A DNA stretch of 64,000 nucleotides from Macrostomum lignano. Taxonomy: Eukaryota. This document shows positions 12,783 to 36,826 of the stretch, piece by piece. Each line of letters starts with the position of its first letter. Position 1 is the stretch's first letter. Position numbers and translations under genes: made by a program. The notes beneath the pieces are model-generated. The model did not search any database and was not told the DNA's origin. It worked only from the letters and a program-made list of their open reading frames with translations. Where the stretch lies: positions 1-64,000 of the forward strand of contig NIVC01000469.1 of assembly GCA_002269645.1 (NCBI GenBank), written 5' to 3'.

Positions 12783-13467
12783 ACAGAAGCAGATACAGCA
12801 ACATCAGCGTCAGGCGCGAATTGTTTTGCAGCACCGGAAGCAGGACAGCGGCGGGCTGGACACGCGGCTCAGCGACCTGGAGCGGTGCCTGGACCAGGCC
12901 ATGGCCAGCATTCGACGGGGCCGACTGTTCACCTCCGACGGTCGCAGCTGCGCGGCCGGCTTCGGCGGTGGCAGCAGCGACTCACTGGCCGCGGCCGAAG
13001 ATCCGCGACATCGCCGGCGCGGCAACTCGGAGCCGCCGTTTGAGTTCGCCTGCACGCAGCGGACGGCAACCTTCAAGCCCTCGGAGGTGTACGAGGAGGT
13101 GGAGATCACCACAATGCGGCCCATCGGCCGGGGCATCCAGGACCTGGGCAGCGCCAGCCGCTTCGTGTTCACGTCGAGTCCTCATCTGGCCGCGACGTGC
13201 CGGCGGACGGCTACCATTGCGGCCTCCACGTCGACGCCCGGCGCAGTCAGACGGCGCCTCCTGCTGCCAACTTCGCCGTCATCTCTCCGGGCCGAGCAGA
13301 GCTACCAGCACCAGCACCAGCAGCAGCGGCGGCGGCACCAGTCGGCTGCGAACGTCATGGAGCTCAACAGCCAGCGGTACCAGCGGCAGCAGCAGCTCAG
13401 GCAGGCGCCGCCGTCATTCTGGGGCGGAGGGGGCAACGGCGCGGGCGGCGGGTACTGGCGTCGGTAG
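12298..13467 (+). CDS. unknown 389-aa low-complexity protein with polyQ tracts, single exon as seen
   Basis: Non-repetitive 1170-nt ORF with the GC-rich codon style of the other exons here; abrupt AT-rich sequence after the TAG; no family recognised. The 5' end is uncertain. Confidence 0.6.
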
Positions 13468-14799
13468 AGAGATTTCTTCTTCAAGGTTAGTAAATCGATT
13501 CGAACCACGGACGACTAGCATGCGCGTTACTTGTTAATTTAAGTAAACTTGTAAATTATTTTATTATTTATGTATTTATTTAGCCATGTTTAACAATACC
13601 AGCTCATCAGGAGCTCTACCTAGACCTCGGCTTTGTTTAAAATCGATAACTCACTCAATTAAAACGACTTTTTCCTCAGCTTTAGATATGAAAGTTGCCA
13701 GCCGTCTAGGAGGAGATACGCGTTAAACCCGGCCGGTCGATCGACCCACTCAGCTTTAGATATAAGAGATTACTGCTCATAGCTCGTACTCCATAGATTA
13801 CTTCGTAAATTTGCCTTTTATACCTTTTACAAAAGCTTTATAATGCAAAAACTTCCCCAATGAGTTGGATTCGCTCAACCAGCGTTTGAGCTAAAAGTAC
13901 ACTCGGGATATTATTCACTTAGTCTGTTGCCAAGACTTGGAAAAATGCTTTTGTCCTGCTTGCTTACTGCTTTATCTCATTCGGAAATTTCTAACTGGCT
14001 CCTCTGATTCCCGTGGGCATGGCGTATTGCGCGCAAAATGAAATGCGAAAATGTTTTATCACTTTTCGGCGATTTCCGGATCCGTATACGTCCGCAGCGA
14101 CGGCTGGTGCGCAGTTGGAGGAGGCAATTGCCGAAATTTCCGGATTTCCTTGGGAAATCTTCGATCGAAGCATCTCCATCTAACTCGCTGATAAAATACA
14201 AAACTTTTTTTCGAAGAATCGGGAAGACATTTAAAACAAAAAAATACGATTATATTGCCGATTCAATATTGACGATTCAAACGTACGCGTGTGAATAATT
14301 TAGGTAATTTATTACTGTAATGCTTTTAAGCAGCCTTGAATACGAGCTGGTAGTGTTGGCAGAGCAGCAGGAGGGGACGCTACTCTCGCAATTAGTGAAA
14401 ATTTCATCAGTCGTGGAAAAGATTTTGTCGAGATGCGACATTTCAGTTTTGCAGCACTAAATCGAGGATAGCTCGTGTCTCGAGCCTTCTGGAGTTCAGA
14501 ATATCAACTCGAAAGTTGCAAAGCATCCGGTTGGTCTGAGGTTCACTGTATATCTCTATAAAGCCTTTCCGGCCTTCCAAGAGGATCACAAAAATTGCGA
14601 GTTTAGCGTCCTTCCTTCGTACTTTAGCTGTCCATGAATTGTCCAGGTAAAATAATGCGCGAAAAAAACGCACGAATGACACAGGTGAAAACTGTCATTT
14701 AACACCAGTACAGAAATGTAATGCGAAAGCTTATCATCGCATTAATATTGACAGAAAAATATGCCCAGTTGCAGATGTTGCCAGCCAAGCTGCGTCTCT

Positions 14800-25995
<11,196 letters not shown>

Positions 25996-26599
25996 GCTCG
26001 GAGAGGAATCAGAGAACTCCGTAGCTTATTAGATTGCTACTCAAGAGAGGAAGGGCGAGGCTCAGGGTGAGTCCGGTCTCGGGATAAAAACACGGAGCTG
26101 TTACTAGTGCAGTGGATGCTGAAATTCGAACCAATGGCGTGGTCCCGCCGGGATCTTCTCATTTCTTGCCTGCACAGCAGCAAACAGCATTACTGGAGTT
26201 TCACTTACCTAAATACGGCCTGCACTTTACCAGCTGGTTTGTCATTTTTCCAGGCATTCATGCAGCAGGTGGACAACCAACTGTATGCCTCAACTGTCCA
26301 ACCAGCCTGCTCGTTGCAGCCAGTTTGCATCGCTTCTCGCTGAGTAAATAAAGAGATAAAATGTCTGTGAGAGGGCGATGTTTGTCTATCTAGCCTGTTA
26401 GACTTCTACACTGGTGACAGAGCCTCTTTCTGAGTCAATACAAGGATAAATATTTCTGCTGATTCTAGTTCATCGGATTTATCGAATTATACTCCAAAAA
26501 TTTAATTTAAGCAATCGAAATTTCGACTGAGATTTACATGAAGGTATGAGATTCACATTCAAGGCGTGGGGGTGACAATGCGGTATACGAAGGGATGAA

Positions 26600-26820
26600 G
26601 GGATGAGACGTGAGCTGAAGGGATGAGATGTTCATGAGTGAGATGAAGGGATGAGATGTTTATGAGTGAGATGAAGGGATGAGATGTTCATGAGTGAGAT
26701 GAAGGGATGAGATGTTCATGAGTGAGATGAAGGGATGAGATGTTCATGAGTGAGATGAAGGGATGAGATGTTCATGAGTGAGATGAAGGGATGAGATGTT
26801 CATGAGTGAGATGGAGGGAT
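26600..26820. repeat. 28-bp minisatellite (AGATGAAGGGATGAGATGTTCATGAGTG)n
   Basis: Period of 28 (26641/26669). Confidence 0.93.
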
Positions 26821-27374
26821 AAGGATGATATGCAGTTAACTTTAGAAGAGTGACAATAATAGGCAGCAGTTGCAGTGTAATCAAACTGCATTTTAAGGTA
26901 AGGTAAGGTAAGTAAGGTAACACAATGCCAGTAAAAACGTTTTGTTTCTTCTACCATGGAAATTAATCACCTGCGCGGCCAAGCTAAATCGGGAAAAAAT
27001 CTTATTCTGTCCGAGCCAAACATTGACAGGCCCTGTAAGAATATTTTTGCCTGACAAACTACTGCACGTTACGTATTATTGGACTTATTAAAAGTGCATA
27101 CTCGGGACCGCGACTCAGAATAAGACCATGATGCGAGCGTAATAAATAAAACGAACTCCGCTTCGCCGACAGGTCAATATAAACTGGGGCTCACTGAGAA
27201 AATGGCGATAAATCTCTGTCTGTACAGTTAGTTGCTCCGAAAACTGGGCTGACACTGCTCGGTGGCGGAGAGCCCCCGCGTCAACCCAGACACTTCTCAG
27301 AGACTGAGGCTTGCTAGTTCTTGAGTGAGCAAATAACTTGAAACCCCCCCCCCCCTAGAAGGTGATTCTGCAAA

Positions 27375-27880
27375 CCGATACTCTGTGGACACCTTATCAA
27401 CTGCACCGGTACTCTGTGGACACCTCATCTGTGGACACCTCATCTACTGCACCGGTACTCTGTGGACACCTCATCTACTGCACCGGTACTCTGTGGACAC
27501 CTCATCTGTGGACACCTCATCTACTGCACCAGTATTCTGTGGACACCGTATCTACTTAGTACTCTGGGGACACCTCATCCACTGCACCGGTACTCTGTGG
27601 AATCTCATCCACTGCACCGGTACTCTTTGGAATCTCATCCAGTGCACCGGTACTCTGTGGAATCTCATCCACTGCACCGGTACTCTGTGGACACCTCATC
27701 CACTGCAACGGTACTCTGTGGACACCGCATCCACTGCACCGGTACTCTGTGGACACCTCATCCACTGCACCGGTACTCTGTGGACACCTCATCCACTGCA
27801 CCGGTACTCTGTGGACACCTCATCCACTGCACCAGTACTCTGTGGACACCTCATCCACTGCACCAGTATTCTGTGGACAC
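27375..27880. repeat. ~31-bp minisatellite (CTGCACCGGTACTCTGTGGACACCTCATCCA)n
   Basis: Period of 31 (27721/27752) with variants. Confidence 0.93.
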
Positions 27881-28459
27881 TTCTCAACACTCCTCCAAAA
27901 TCCCGAGTGTCACATTTTTCAGCAAAACAAAACAAATAACAAAATGAGTCGTTTAGGAATTTCTTGCTTTCTTCCTAATTAAAAAGCAGTAAAGATACGC
28001 GTTCGTACTACTTATTATTCAGGCTTTACACTGAATTCTCTATAAAAACCCGCTAGAGCTAACATTCCAGCTGCAAGCTGTGCTGCGATCCTCGGCGAGA
28101 CAGAAGCCTAATACTCGTAAATCAGTCGAAAAATTGCAATTGGCAATGAAAAGTATCACCCGCACATTGGCTACATTAGCGGTACCAACTCAAGCCGAGA
28201 AGCTGTGCCTCATTGAGTTAATTAATTAGGTCAATAAAAAAACGAACGAAGCAAAACATTTCCGTTAAGGTCGGAGAGTACAAACTGAATCGCAAATATG
28301 AAGATAGTAAGTAGTGTATATTTTTATCGTACTCAAATACAAAAATAAAACATGTTTAAAATTCATCAATTCTGATGGAAAACAATGTACACGGACAATA
28401 CGGGGCAAGCACCTGCGTCTAGTGCGACTGCGACACTGCTGAGCTGAGAGCGGCGGGGA

Positions 28460-28828
28460 GACTGAGAGGGAGGTGGAGACTGAGAAACAGGGGAGAGATG
28501 GGAAGAGGGAGAGGGAGAGGGGAGGAGAGGGGAGAGGGGAGCCGAGAGTAAGGGAGAGGCAAGAGAGTGAATAGGAAGAGAGAGGGGTAAAGAAGGGGGA
28601 CAAGGAGAGAGGGAGAAGGGAGAAGAGGGAGAGGTAGGGAGAGGGAGAGGAAGGAGAGGGAGAGGTAGGGAGAGGGAGAGGAAGAAGGGAGGGAGAGGAG
28701 AGGGAGAAGAAGGGAGAGGAGAGGGAGAAGGGAGAGGGAGAATGGAGAGGAGAGGGAGAAGGGAGGGAGAAGGGAGGAGAGGAGAGGGAGAAGGGAGGGA
28801 GAGGAGAGGGGGAGGGAGAGGGAGAGGG
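28460..28828. repeat. GA-rich low-complexity polypurine tract
   Basis: Degenerate GGAGAG/GGAGA units. Confidence 0.9.
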
Positions 28829-29355
28829 TGTGTTTGAGTTTCGCGCCATGAGTAACAAACAGAATGAGCAATAGAAACGCAGCGAAGGCTACTATAAGTA
28901 GACTGTTCAGTCTATTCCACATATATACAAATCAAAATAGTGCTGAAAACGGCAAAGATGAATTGATAAAAAATCTAATTCATAGCAGGCATCACCCAAT
29001 AAAAATATTAATAATAATAAATAAATAGATCTGGGTCAACAGCAAACTCTGACACAGGCACAGCCACCAGCGCTCCGCATGCGCCATTCAATGCCAAATA
29101 AGTAAGTGGCGGAATGCCAATGAAAAAATAATTACATTTGTAGTGGCTTCAATGATGAAGTTTTTGAAAGTTCCGAGCTGTCTCAACTATTTTGTAGAAA
29201 CTTTGACAGATTCACAGTTGGAAGGTGGAAATCTTGATAGAATTGTTTATTAATACAGTCAGAAATGGAGTTTCACGAACTCAATTACTTTGAATTTTAA
29301 ATCTTAACATTGCATAATATTTTTTACGCTGTCCATCCTCATTAGTTGGGACTTT

Positions 29356-29845
29356 ATCCCCACAAATCCCTAGGATTTCCATCCCAATATTGAACAGATT
29401 AATCCCCACAAATCCCTAGGATTTCCATCCCAATATTGAACAGATTAATCCCCACAAATCCCTAGGATTTCCATCCCAATATTGAACAGATTAATCCCCA
29501 CAAATCCCTAGGATTTCCATCCCAATATTGAACAGATTAATCTCCACAAATCCCTAGGATTTCCATCCCAATATTGAACAGATTAATCCCCACAAATCCC
29601 TAGGATTTCCATCCCAATATTGAACAGATTAATCCCCACAAATCCCTAGGATTTCCATCCCAATATTGAACAGATTAATCTCCACAAATCCCTAGGATTT
29701 CCATCCCAATATTGAACAGATTAATCCCCACAAATCCCTAGGATTTCCATCCCAATATTGAATAGATTAATCCCCACAAATCCCTAGGATTTCCATCCCA
29801 AAATTGAACAGATTAATCCCCACAAGTCCCTAGGATTTCCATCCC
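29356..29845. repeat. 46-bp minisatellite, ~10.5 copies
   Basis: Unit AATCCCCACAAATCCCTAGGATTTCCATCCCAATATTGAACAGATT; period 29401/29447. Confidence 0.96.
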
Positions 29846-30029
29846 GTCTTCACACAAGTTTTAGCCAACTTCATAACTCTAACTAATTTACAACAGGAGT
29901 GAAAATTCATCCATGCAACTCTTCATCAAACTGAATTCTTTCTTCCATTAAAATCCGATTCAAATTCCTGTCTTTGTTTTCATTCAGCTTCACAGAAATT
30001 GGTCACAGAAAATCTGTTTATTTCTTTAG

Positions 30030-33000
30030 TTAAACTTCGGGCTGCCGAAGCTCCTCTGCTGGCGGCGGGCCGCCGCTGTGCACGACGACGCGAACGCTGA
30101 CACTCGAGGAAGACGCGGCGGTCTCGTCGGCGGCGTCCAGCTGATTGTCGCTGTCGAGAGCGGCATTGTCAAAGGTGCCAACGCGGCCGTCGCCAGAATC
30201 AGGAGGAGCAGGCGCAGAATCAGCCGGGTCCAGCAGAGTCGCTGACTCCTCCAGCTGCTGCGGATTCAACAGCGGCGTCCGCTCGTCCTGCATGGCCGTC
30301 AGCAGCGAGGTGGACGACGACTGCGACGGGGAAGGCGGCGGGCGCTGCTCCGACCGCTGAGACTCGGCGTCCAGATCTGTCGGCAGATCGGGCGCCGCTC
30401 CAGATGAAGCCGACGACGGGCCGGCGCCGTCGTTCGCCAAGCCGGGGCCTTCGCGATCGTCGTCTTCGCCTTCGGAGTCGGCTGAGCCGGGAAAAACCCG
30501 GCGCTTGCACACTGGGCAGGTGCTGCGGCTCTTCAGCAGCCACGGGTCCACGCATTTGGTGTGGTAAGCTGCGGGTAGGGGTTGTTTTCATATTTGAGTG
30601 GTCATAGTGATTGAGTGGTCATAGTGACTGAGTGGCCATAGTGACTGAGTGGTCATAGTGACTGAGTGGTCATAGTGACTGAGTTATCATAGTGACTGAG
30701 TGGCCATAGTGACTGAGTGGTCATAGTGACTGAGTTATCATAGTGACTGAGTGGCCATAGTGACTGAGTGGTCATAGTGACTGAGTTATCATAGTGACTG
30801 AGTGATCATAGTGACTGAGTGTCAGAGTGATTATAGTGACTGAGTGGTCAAAGTGACTGAGTGGTCAAAGTGACTGAGTTATCATAGTGACTGAGTTATC
30901 ATAGTGACTGAGTGGCCATGGTGACTGAGTGATCATAGTGACTGAGTGATCATAGTGACTGAGCGATCATAGTGATTGAGTGGTCATAGTGATTGGGTGA
31001 TCATAGTTACTGAGTGATCATAGTGACTGAGTGATCATAGTTACTGAGTGATCATAGTGACTGAGTGATCATAGTGACTGAATGGCCATAGTGACTGAAT
31101 GGTCATAGTGACTGAATGGTCATGGTGACGAAATGGTCATAGTGACTTAAAATTGTCATAGTGACTGAACGACCAGTAATGATTGCGACTGAACTCCAAA
31201 AAGCATGGTAGTCAGAGGCTCCTCGAAACGCTCACCGTGATTGCAAGGCAGAATCCGAAGCTTCTCGCCGGGCACGAAGTCTTCGAGGCAGATGGCGCAG
31301 CAGTCGTACAAGTCTTTGCCTGTCATGGGAATCGAGCAGCATATTTAGGATAAGTGATGAGGATGCAAATACACCTGCGGTTTTTACACAACAGAGCACC
31401 TTTTTCAAACTTTTTAACTGTCAGCTTCTTCAGGCTGGACCTGGGCAATCGGTTCCTTCGGCTGTGCCTCCAGTCGCGATAGAATTTGATGCCCTGCGAT
31501 GCACAGGAGTGTAATGACCGAATGAGCAACAGGCAATTGGTATGACCGAATGAGCAACAGGCAATTGGTATGACCGAATGAGCAACAGGCAATTCGTATG
31601 ACCGAATGAGCAACAGGCAATTCGTATGACCGAATGAGCAACAGGCAATTGGTACGACCGAATGAGCAACAAGCAATTGGTATGACCGAATGAGCTGAAT
31701 GTAGGATATAGGATATATATAGGACTAAATGGGCAATGGATATGCCTGAATGAGCAATGGATATGATTGAATGAGCAATGGATATGACCGAATGAGCAAC
31801 AGGCAATTGGTATGACCGAATGAGCAACAGGCAATTGGTATGACCGAATGAGCAACAGGCAAATGGTATGACTGAATAAGCAATGGAAATGACCGAATGA
31901 GCAGCGGAAATGACCGAATGAGCAGCGGAAATGACTGAATGAGCAATGGATTTGTCTGAATAAGCAATGGATATGCCTGAATGAGCAATGGATATGACTG
32001 AATGAGCAATGGATATGACTGAATGAGCTATGGATATGACTGAATGAGCTATGGATATGACTGAATGAGCAATATATAGGACTGAATGAGCGATGGATAT
32101 GACTGAATGAGCAATGGATATGACTGAATGAGCAATGGATATGACTGAATAAGCAATGGATATGCCTGAATAAGCAATGGATTTGCCTGAATAAGCAATG
32201 GATTTGTCTGAATAGGCAATGGATATGACTGAATAAGCAATGGATTTGTCTGAATAAGCAATGGATATGCCTGAATAAGCAATGGATTTGTCTGAATAGG
32301 CAATGGATTTGTCTGAATAAGCAATGGATATGACTGAATAAGCAATGGATATGCCTGAATAAGCAATGGATTTGTCTGAATAAGCAATGGATTTGTCTGA
32401 ATAAGCAATGGATATGCCTGAATAAGCAATGGATTTGTCTGAATAGGCAATGGATTTGTCTGAATAAACAATGGATATGTCTGAATAAGCAATGGATTTG
32501 TCTGAATAGGCAATGGATATAATTTTGAGATTAGGAGCAACATTCAATTATGACCAAATAACCAATATTTATGATTCATATCTGAGATCAGATGAGATAT
32601 GAGATAGTATGAGGCTCGCATGTTATGACTACTTAAGATTTTTATTCAACATGAAATTAAGTTGCAAAACTGCATTTTGTTTTTTACCGGTACCGGTACC
32701 GCTAAAATTTGAGGTTGGCTTCTACAAATTGTTGTGACAGGATGAACAGGGGTTCGATTCCGCCTGACTCACCCAGACCAACAGTGACAGCAGGAGGCAG
32801 ACTCCAATAATGACAGCAAATGAGATCACGTAGACGTGAAAGTCGAACGGGAACGGCACTTCAAAGTTGAGGCTGTAGCGCTCAGCGGCTACGGAGTAGG
32901 AGAAGCGCTCACCGAGCACCGTGCCGCAGGCGAGGGTCACCATGGCCGCTGGAATGTGCACCCGGCTGCCGACTGAAATTGGGATGGCGTAACGATTCGG

Positions 33001-34554
33001 GCTTATGAATAAATGAATGAATGAAATGAACTCCCAGATCCCCAACTCCCAGATCTCCAACTCTCAGATCCCCAACTCCCAGATCTCCAACTCCCAGATC
33101 TCCAACTCTCAGATCCCCAACTCCCAGATCCCCAACTCCCAGATCCCCAACTCCCAGATCTCCAACTCTCAGATCCCCAACTCTCAGATCCCCAACTCCC
33201 AGATCCCCAACTCACAGATCCTCAACTACCAGATCCTTAACTCCCAGATTTCCAACTCACAGATCCCCAACTCCCAGATCTTCAACTCTCAGATCCCCAA
33301 CTCCCAGATCCCCAACTCACAGATCCCCAACTCTCAGATCCCCAACTCCCAGATCCCCAACTCACAGATCCTCAACTACCAGATCCTTAACTCCCAGATT
33401 CCCAACTCCCAGATCCCCAACTCTCAGATCCCCAACTCCCAGATCCCCAACTCTCAGATCCCCAACTCCCAGATCCCCAACTCCCAGATCCCCAACTCCC
33501 AGATCTTCAACTCTCAGATCCCCAACTCCCAGATCCCCAACTCACAGATCCCCAACTCCCAGATCTCCAACTCTCAGATCCCCAACTCCCAGATCCCCAA
33601 CTCACAGATCCTCAACTACCAGATCCTTAACTCCCAGATTCCCAACTCCCAGATCCCCAACTCTCAGATCCCCAACTCCCAGATCCCCAACTCTCAGATC
33701 CCCAACTCCCAGATCCCCAACTCACAGATCCTCAACTCACAGATCCTCAACTACCAGATCCTTAACTCCCAGATTCCCAACTCCCAGATCCCCAACTCCC
33801 AGATCCCCAACTCTCAGATCCCCAACTCCCAGATCCCCAACTCCCAGATAACCAACTTCCAGACCCATAACTCCTATATCCTTAATTCCCATATCCTCAA
33901 CTCTCAGATCCCCAATCCCAGATTCTGAAATCTCATACCCCCAGAATAAGCCTTACATCTAGATGACTGCATGATGATCAAGTTGTCCTTATAATTCTGC
34001 ACCAGCACAGCATTATAGCCAGCTGTTTGGGCATTGAGCACTTTTACATCGAATGGGCAACCAGTGGAGAGGCTGGAGTCCCTGGTTACCAGGGCAATCC
34101 AGGCCAACGAATCGTTGCGCAGGTGAGGCGGCGGCTGCACAGAGTGGCAGGCATTCATGGGAGACGTGTTCACAACAATGCCCTGGATTTTGTTTGTATG
34201 GACAATTAAAACATCATATTTAACCCAAAAAACATAATTAGCATCTAGAGTAAGATTGATTGGTTTGAATAAGCAACTTTAAAATAGAATTATTACCTGC
34301 ATAGACCAAAACAGATAGGAGGAGCCAAAGCTGGCAGTCTCAGCAGAACAGAATTTTGTGTCTGTCACATTTGTCTTGTGGTCAGTCTAAAATAAAAGTG
34401 AGCCAATTTATTAAAGTACACTTTCTATATTAGCAATGAAATAAATATAAACTAAAAAATAGCACAAAATTCCACTTACTAAATGGACTTCAAGTTGGTC
34501 ACTCAATACACTGGTTACAGCAACTATTAGAAATCCTGTTACTGCAAAGAGCAT
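30030..34554 (-). CDS. PA-TM-RING E3 ubiquitin ligase, RNF13/RNF167 (Godzilla)-like, ~435 aa
   Basis: join(34554-34480, 34386-34297, 34182-33957, 32972-32773, 31493-31400, 31319-31236, 30568-30030) = 1308 nt in frame. Signal peptide MLFAVTGFLIVAVTSVLS, PA domain (ASFG...GIVVNTSPMNAC...KVLNAQTAGYNAVLV), TM segment, RING-H2 CAICLEDF...LPCNHAYHTKCVDPWL...CPVC. Confidence 0.92.
30592..31170. repeat. 17-bp minisatellite (GTCATAGTGACTGAGTG)n
   Basis: Period of 17 (30601/30618); fills the last RNF intron. Confidence 0.95.
31514..32520. repeat. compound minisatellite with related 28-bp and 21-bp units
   Basis: ATGACCGAATGAGCAACAGGCAATTGGT grading into ATGACTGAATGAGCAATGGAT. Confidence 0.93.
33030..33925. 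repeat. 15-bp minisatellite (CTCCCAGATCCCCAA)n
   Basis: Period of 15; occupies nearly the whole intron 33956-32973. Confidence 0.96.
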
Positions 34555-34996
34555 TTCTCTGAAATTAAACAATATTGATTATAAAAATAGAAATTTATAA
34601 CAAGCAATAAATAAAGAAGTATTATAAATTTAAATATTTTCATTTTTATATTTAAAAAATAACAAGCTAAATTAGTGATTTTTCAATCTACAATATATAA
34701 AATAACTCAAGATTTTCATTAACACAACTTATAAGTATAGTATAGCTTAAACTAATGTACAAAGTCAAAGACATAAGCTTAATAGACTAAAGGTTAATAG
34801 AGAACTAACATAAATGCCTATATACCCCAAAACAGGAAAAGTTCCATCTACCAAGCAATGATATTCTTACTCATTTTTATTTGCATTTTAAATAAGCAGT
34901 TTTCTCCCTAACTAGACATGATTTGTACAAGTGGAGCTTTTGACTGTTGCTAAGTATATATATAAGCTAGATGATATTTAATGATATAGTCATACA

Positions 34997-35368
34997 CCAT
35001 AGTCAGGAAGGTGGCCTTCACCATGGAAAATTCCAGCGCACACAAGGGGTCCTTGGCGCACAATCATGGTGCACACTGAGGTCCCTAGCGCATGTGATGC
35101 ATAATTGTGGCGCATAAGGTCCCTGACATATGCGGTGCTGTGCACAACTTTGGTGCATAAGGAATCAGAATAGAATCTTTATTAGCATAAAACTGGCATA
35201 GCATTTTGAGTCTGCATGAATTCTAAGAATTTTGTAAATTATGTAAAATACATAATATAAAGGCACAGATATGGCACATAGTTGGCACATAAATGGCGCA
35301 TAGACGGCGCACAGATTGTCCCAAAAAATTTATTCTGGCGCACATTGTGCCACTTTCCTAACTATGGG
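34997..35368. mobile_element. non-autonomous DNA transposon, CCATAG-end family, copy 1
   Basis: TIR CCATAGTCAGGAAGGTGGC / GCCACTTTCCCTAACTATGG; near-perfect 8-bp TSD GTCATACA/GTCATATA. Confidence 0.65.
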
Positions 35369-36826
35369 TCATATAGATCTATATTTTAAAATAAAATATA
35401 AAAATATATATTCAAATTAAATTAAAATCAAAATAACAAAATAACAAAATAAAAAACAAAAACATTCTTTATAGGCCAGGCCTAATCTTACTATAAAAGA
35501 TATGCTAATATAGATTAGATACAATTAGGAGAAAAGACTAGCTATCTATTTGGTATTTACATTGCCATCTAGAGAAGAACTAGAAAAAATTATAATTTAA
35601 ATATAGATAAATATATAATTTTTTTTACAAAATATAAGCCCAGGTGGCACTTTTATCTGACTCCCTTTAAGTAGACTACTTAGGACATTAATAACTAAGA
35701 TATCTTGTGTTTAGAACAAAAAGGAAAAAATATTTGAACTAAAATAATCACACTACACTAGAGATAAATCAAGTCATCAAATTTAGTTTAGGTGCAGCTA
35801 TACTATTCATGATCAAGACACCCTCTCACCCTCTGTAAGTTTAAACCCTCTGTATTTGCATTTTCTCAGAGGTTCTTGGGTGTTCACTGTTGAGGGCTAG
35901 GCTAGATGTTGGAATGAAAATTTAACTAATAAGCCATTTAACTAAAAAAACGCACATGTCTGCTCTTGTCTTAGTCCATGAGATTAGACTAAAGCGATTT
36001 GACTCTGTGAACATAAGCTAATCGTAGATAGCAGTAGTACGGCTGCTGTATTCAATTAATGAATTCTTTGATTGGTTATGACAATTATTATAAAATAGCA
36101 GGGCCACGTGAGGCACAACATCGAAACCTTAATTACTGTAGTTACTATACTAAGCACAGCAGTTTAGATATAGTGCACAGAAATATATATATTGAAAAAA
36201 CTATTGTAATTTCTTACGCCCATCTTTCAAATTCGCAAAGGTAAACTTTTATATTACAGCCTATAGGAAAGAAGCCTTAATCAGATTTCCGAAATTATCT
36301 ATATACATGTATAGTCGCCATTCGATAGTGAGTGATAAGTGATTCATGTCGAAAATTTTCATTATTTCCTCAACTTAAAAAAGAAGTATGTTTTTGAGCT
36401 GTCATTCTCAAAAGATATGGTAATATTTAAATAAACTTAAGATACAAATTTTGTTTCACAATTTAGTTAAAAAAGTTTTTGTAGCATTACTGCTGATTGT
36501 AGTCTTTAAAAGTTTGTTTTTTCGTAGCGATAATTTAATCTAGTTTTTAATACCGTTGAATCTTTAAGAAACAGTATTCAGTAAACACATCGTAATAAAA
36601 TGGTCATAGCAATATAAGTAGGGCGCTCCTTATTCAGGTTGAAAGAATGCTGATAATACAAATTTATCAACCGTGTAGCGACCAGCGATTCTCATGCACA
36701 CCTGTGTGTCATACATAATAAAGCTCATAACGCGTTGTTGGTTATTGTGTCGTAAACCAACGAGTACCAAATGGCGTTCGTAAATTGCTCTTTCTCTCCA
36801 TTTGGGCTCCTCGGCACTTCAATATA

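Noticed and set aside
26107-26351. Exon-like segment with a GTAAGT donor at ~26208 (minus strand)
   Set aside because: Could be an extra 5' exon of the SYT-like gene (MPGKMTNQLVKCRPYL), but frame and acceptor support are too weak to call.
29356-29845. CRISPR-like regular repeats (also the 37-bp and 97-bp arrays)
   Set aside because: Units are head-to-tail with no unique spacers, there are no cas genes, and the context is eukaryotic.
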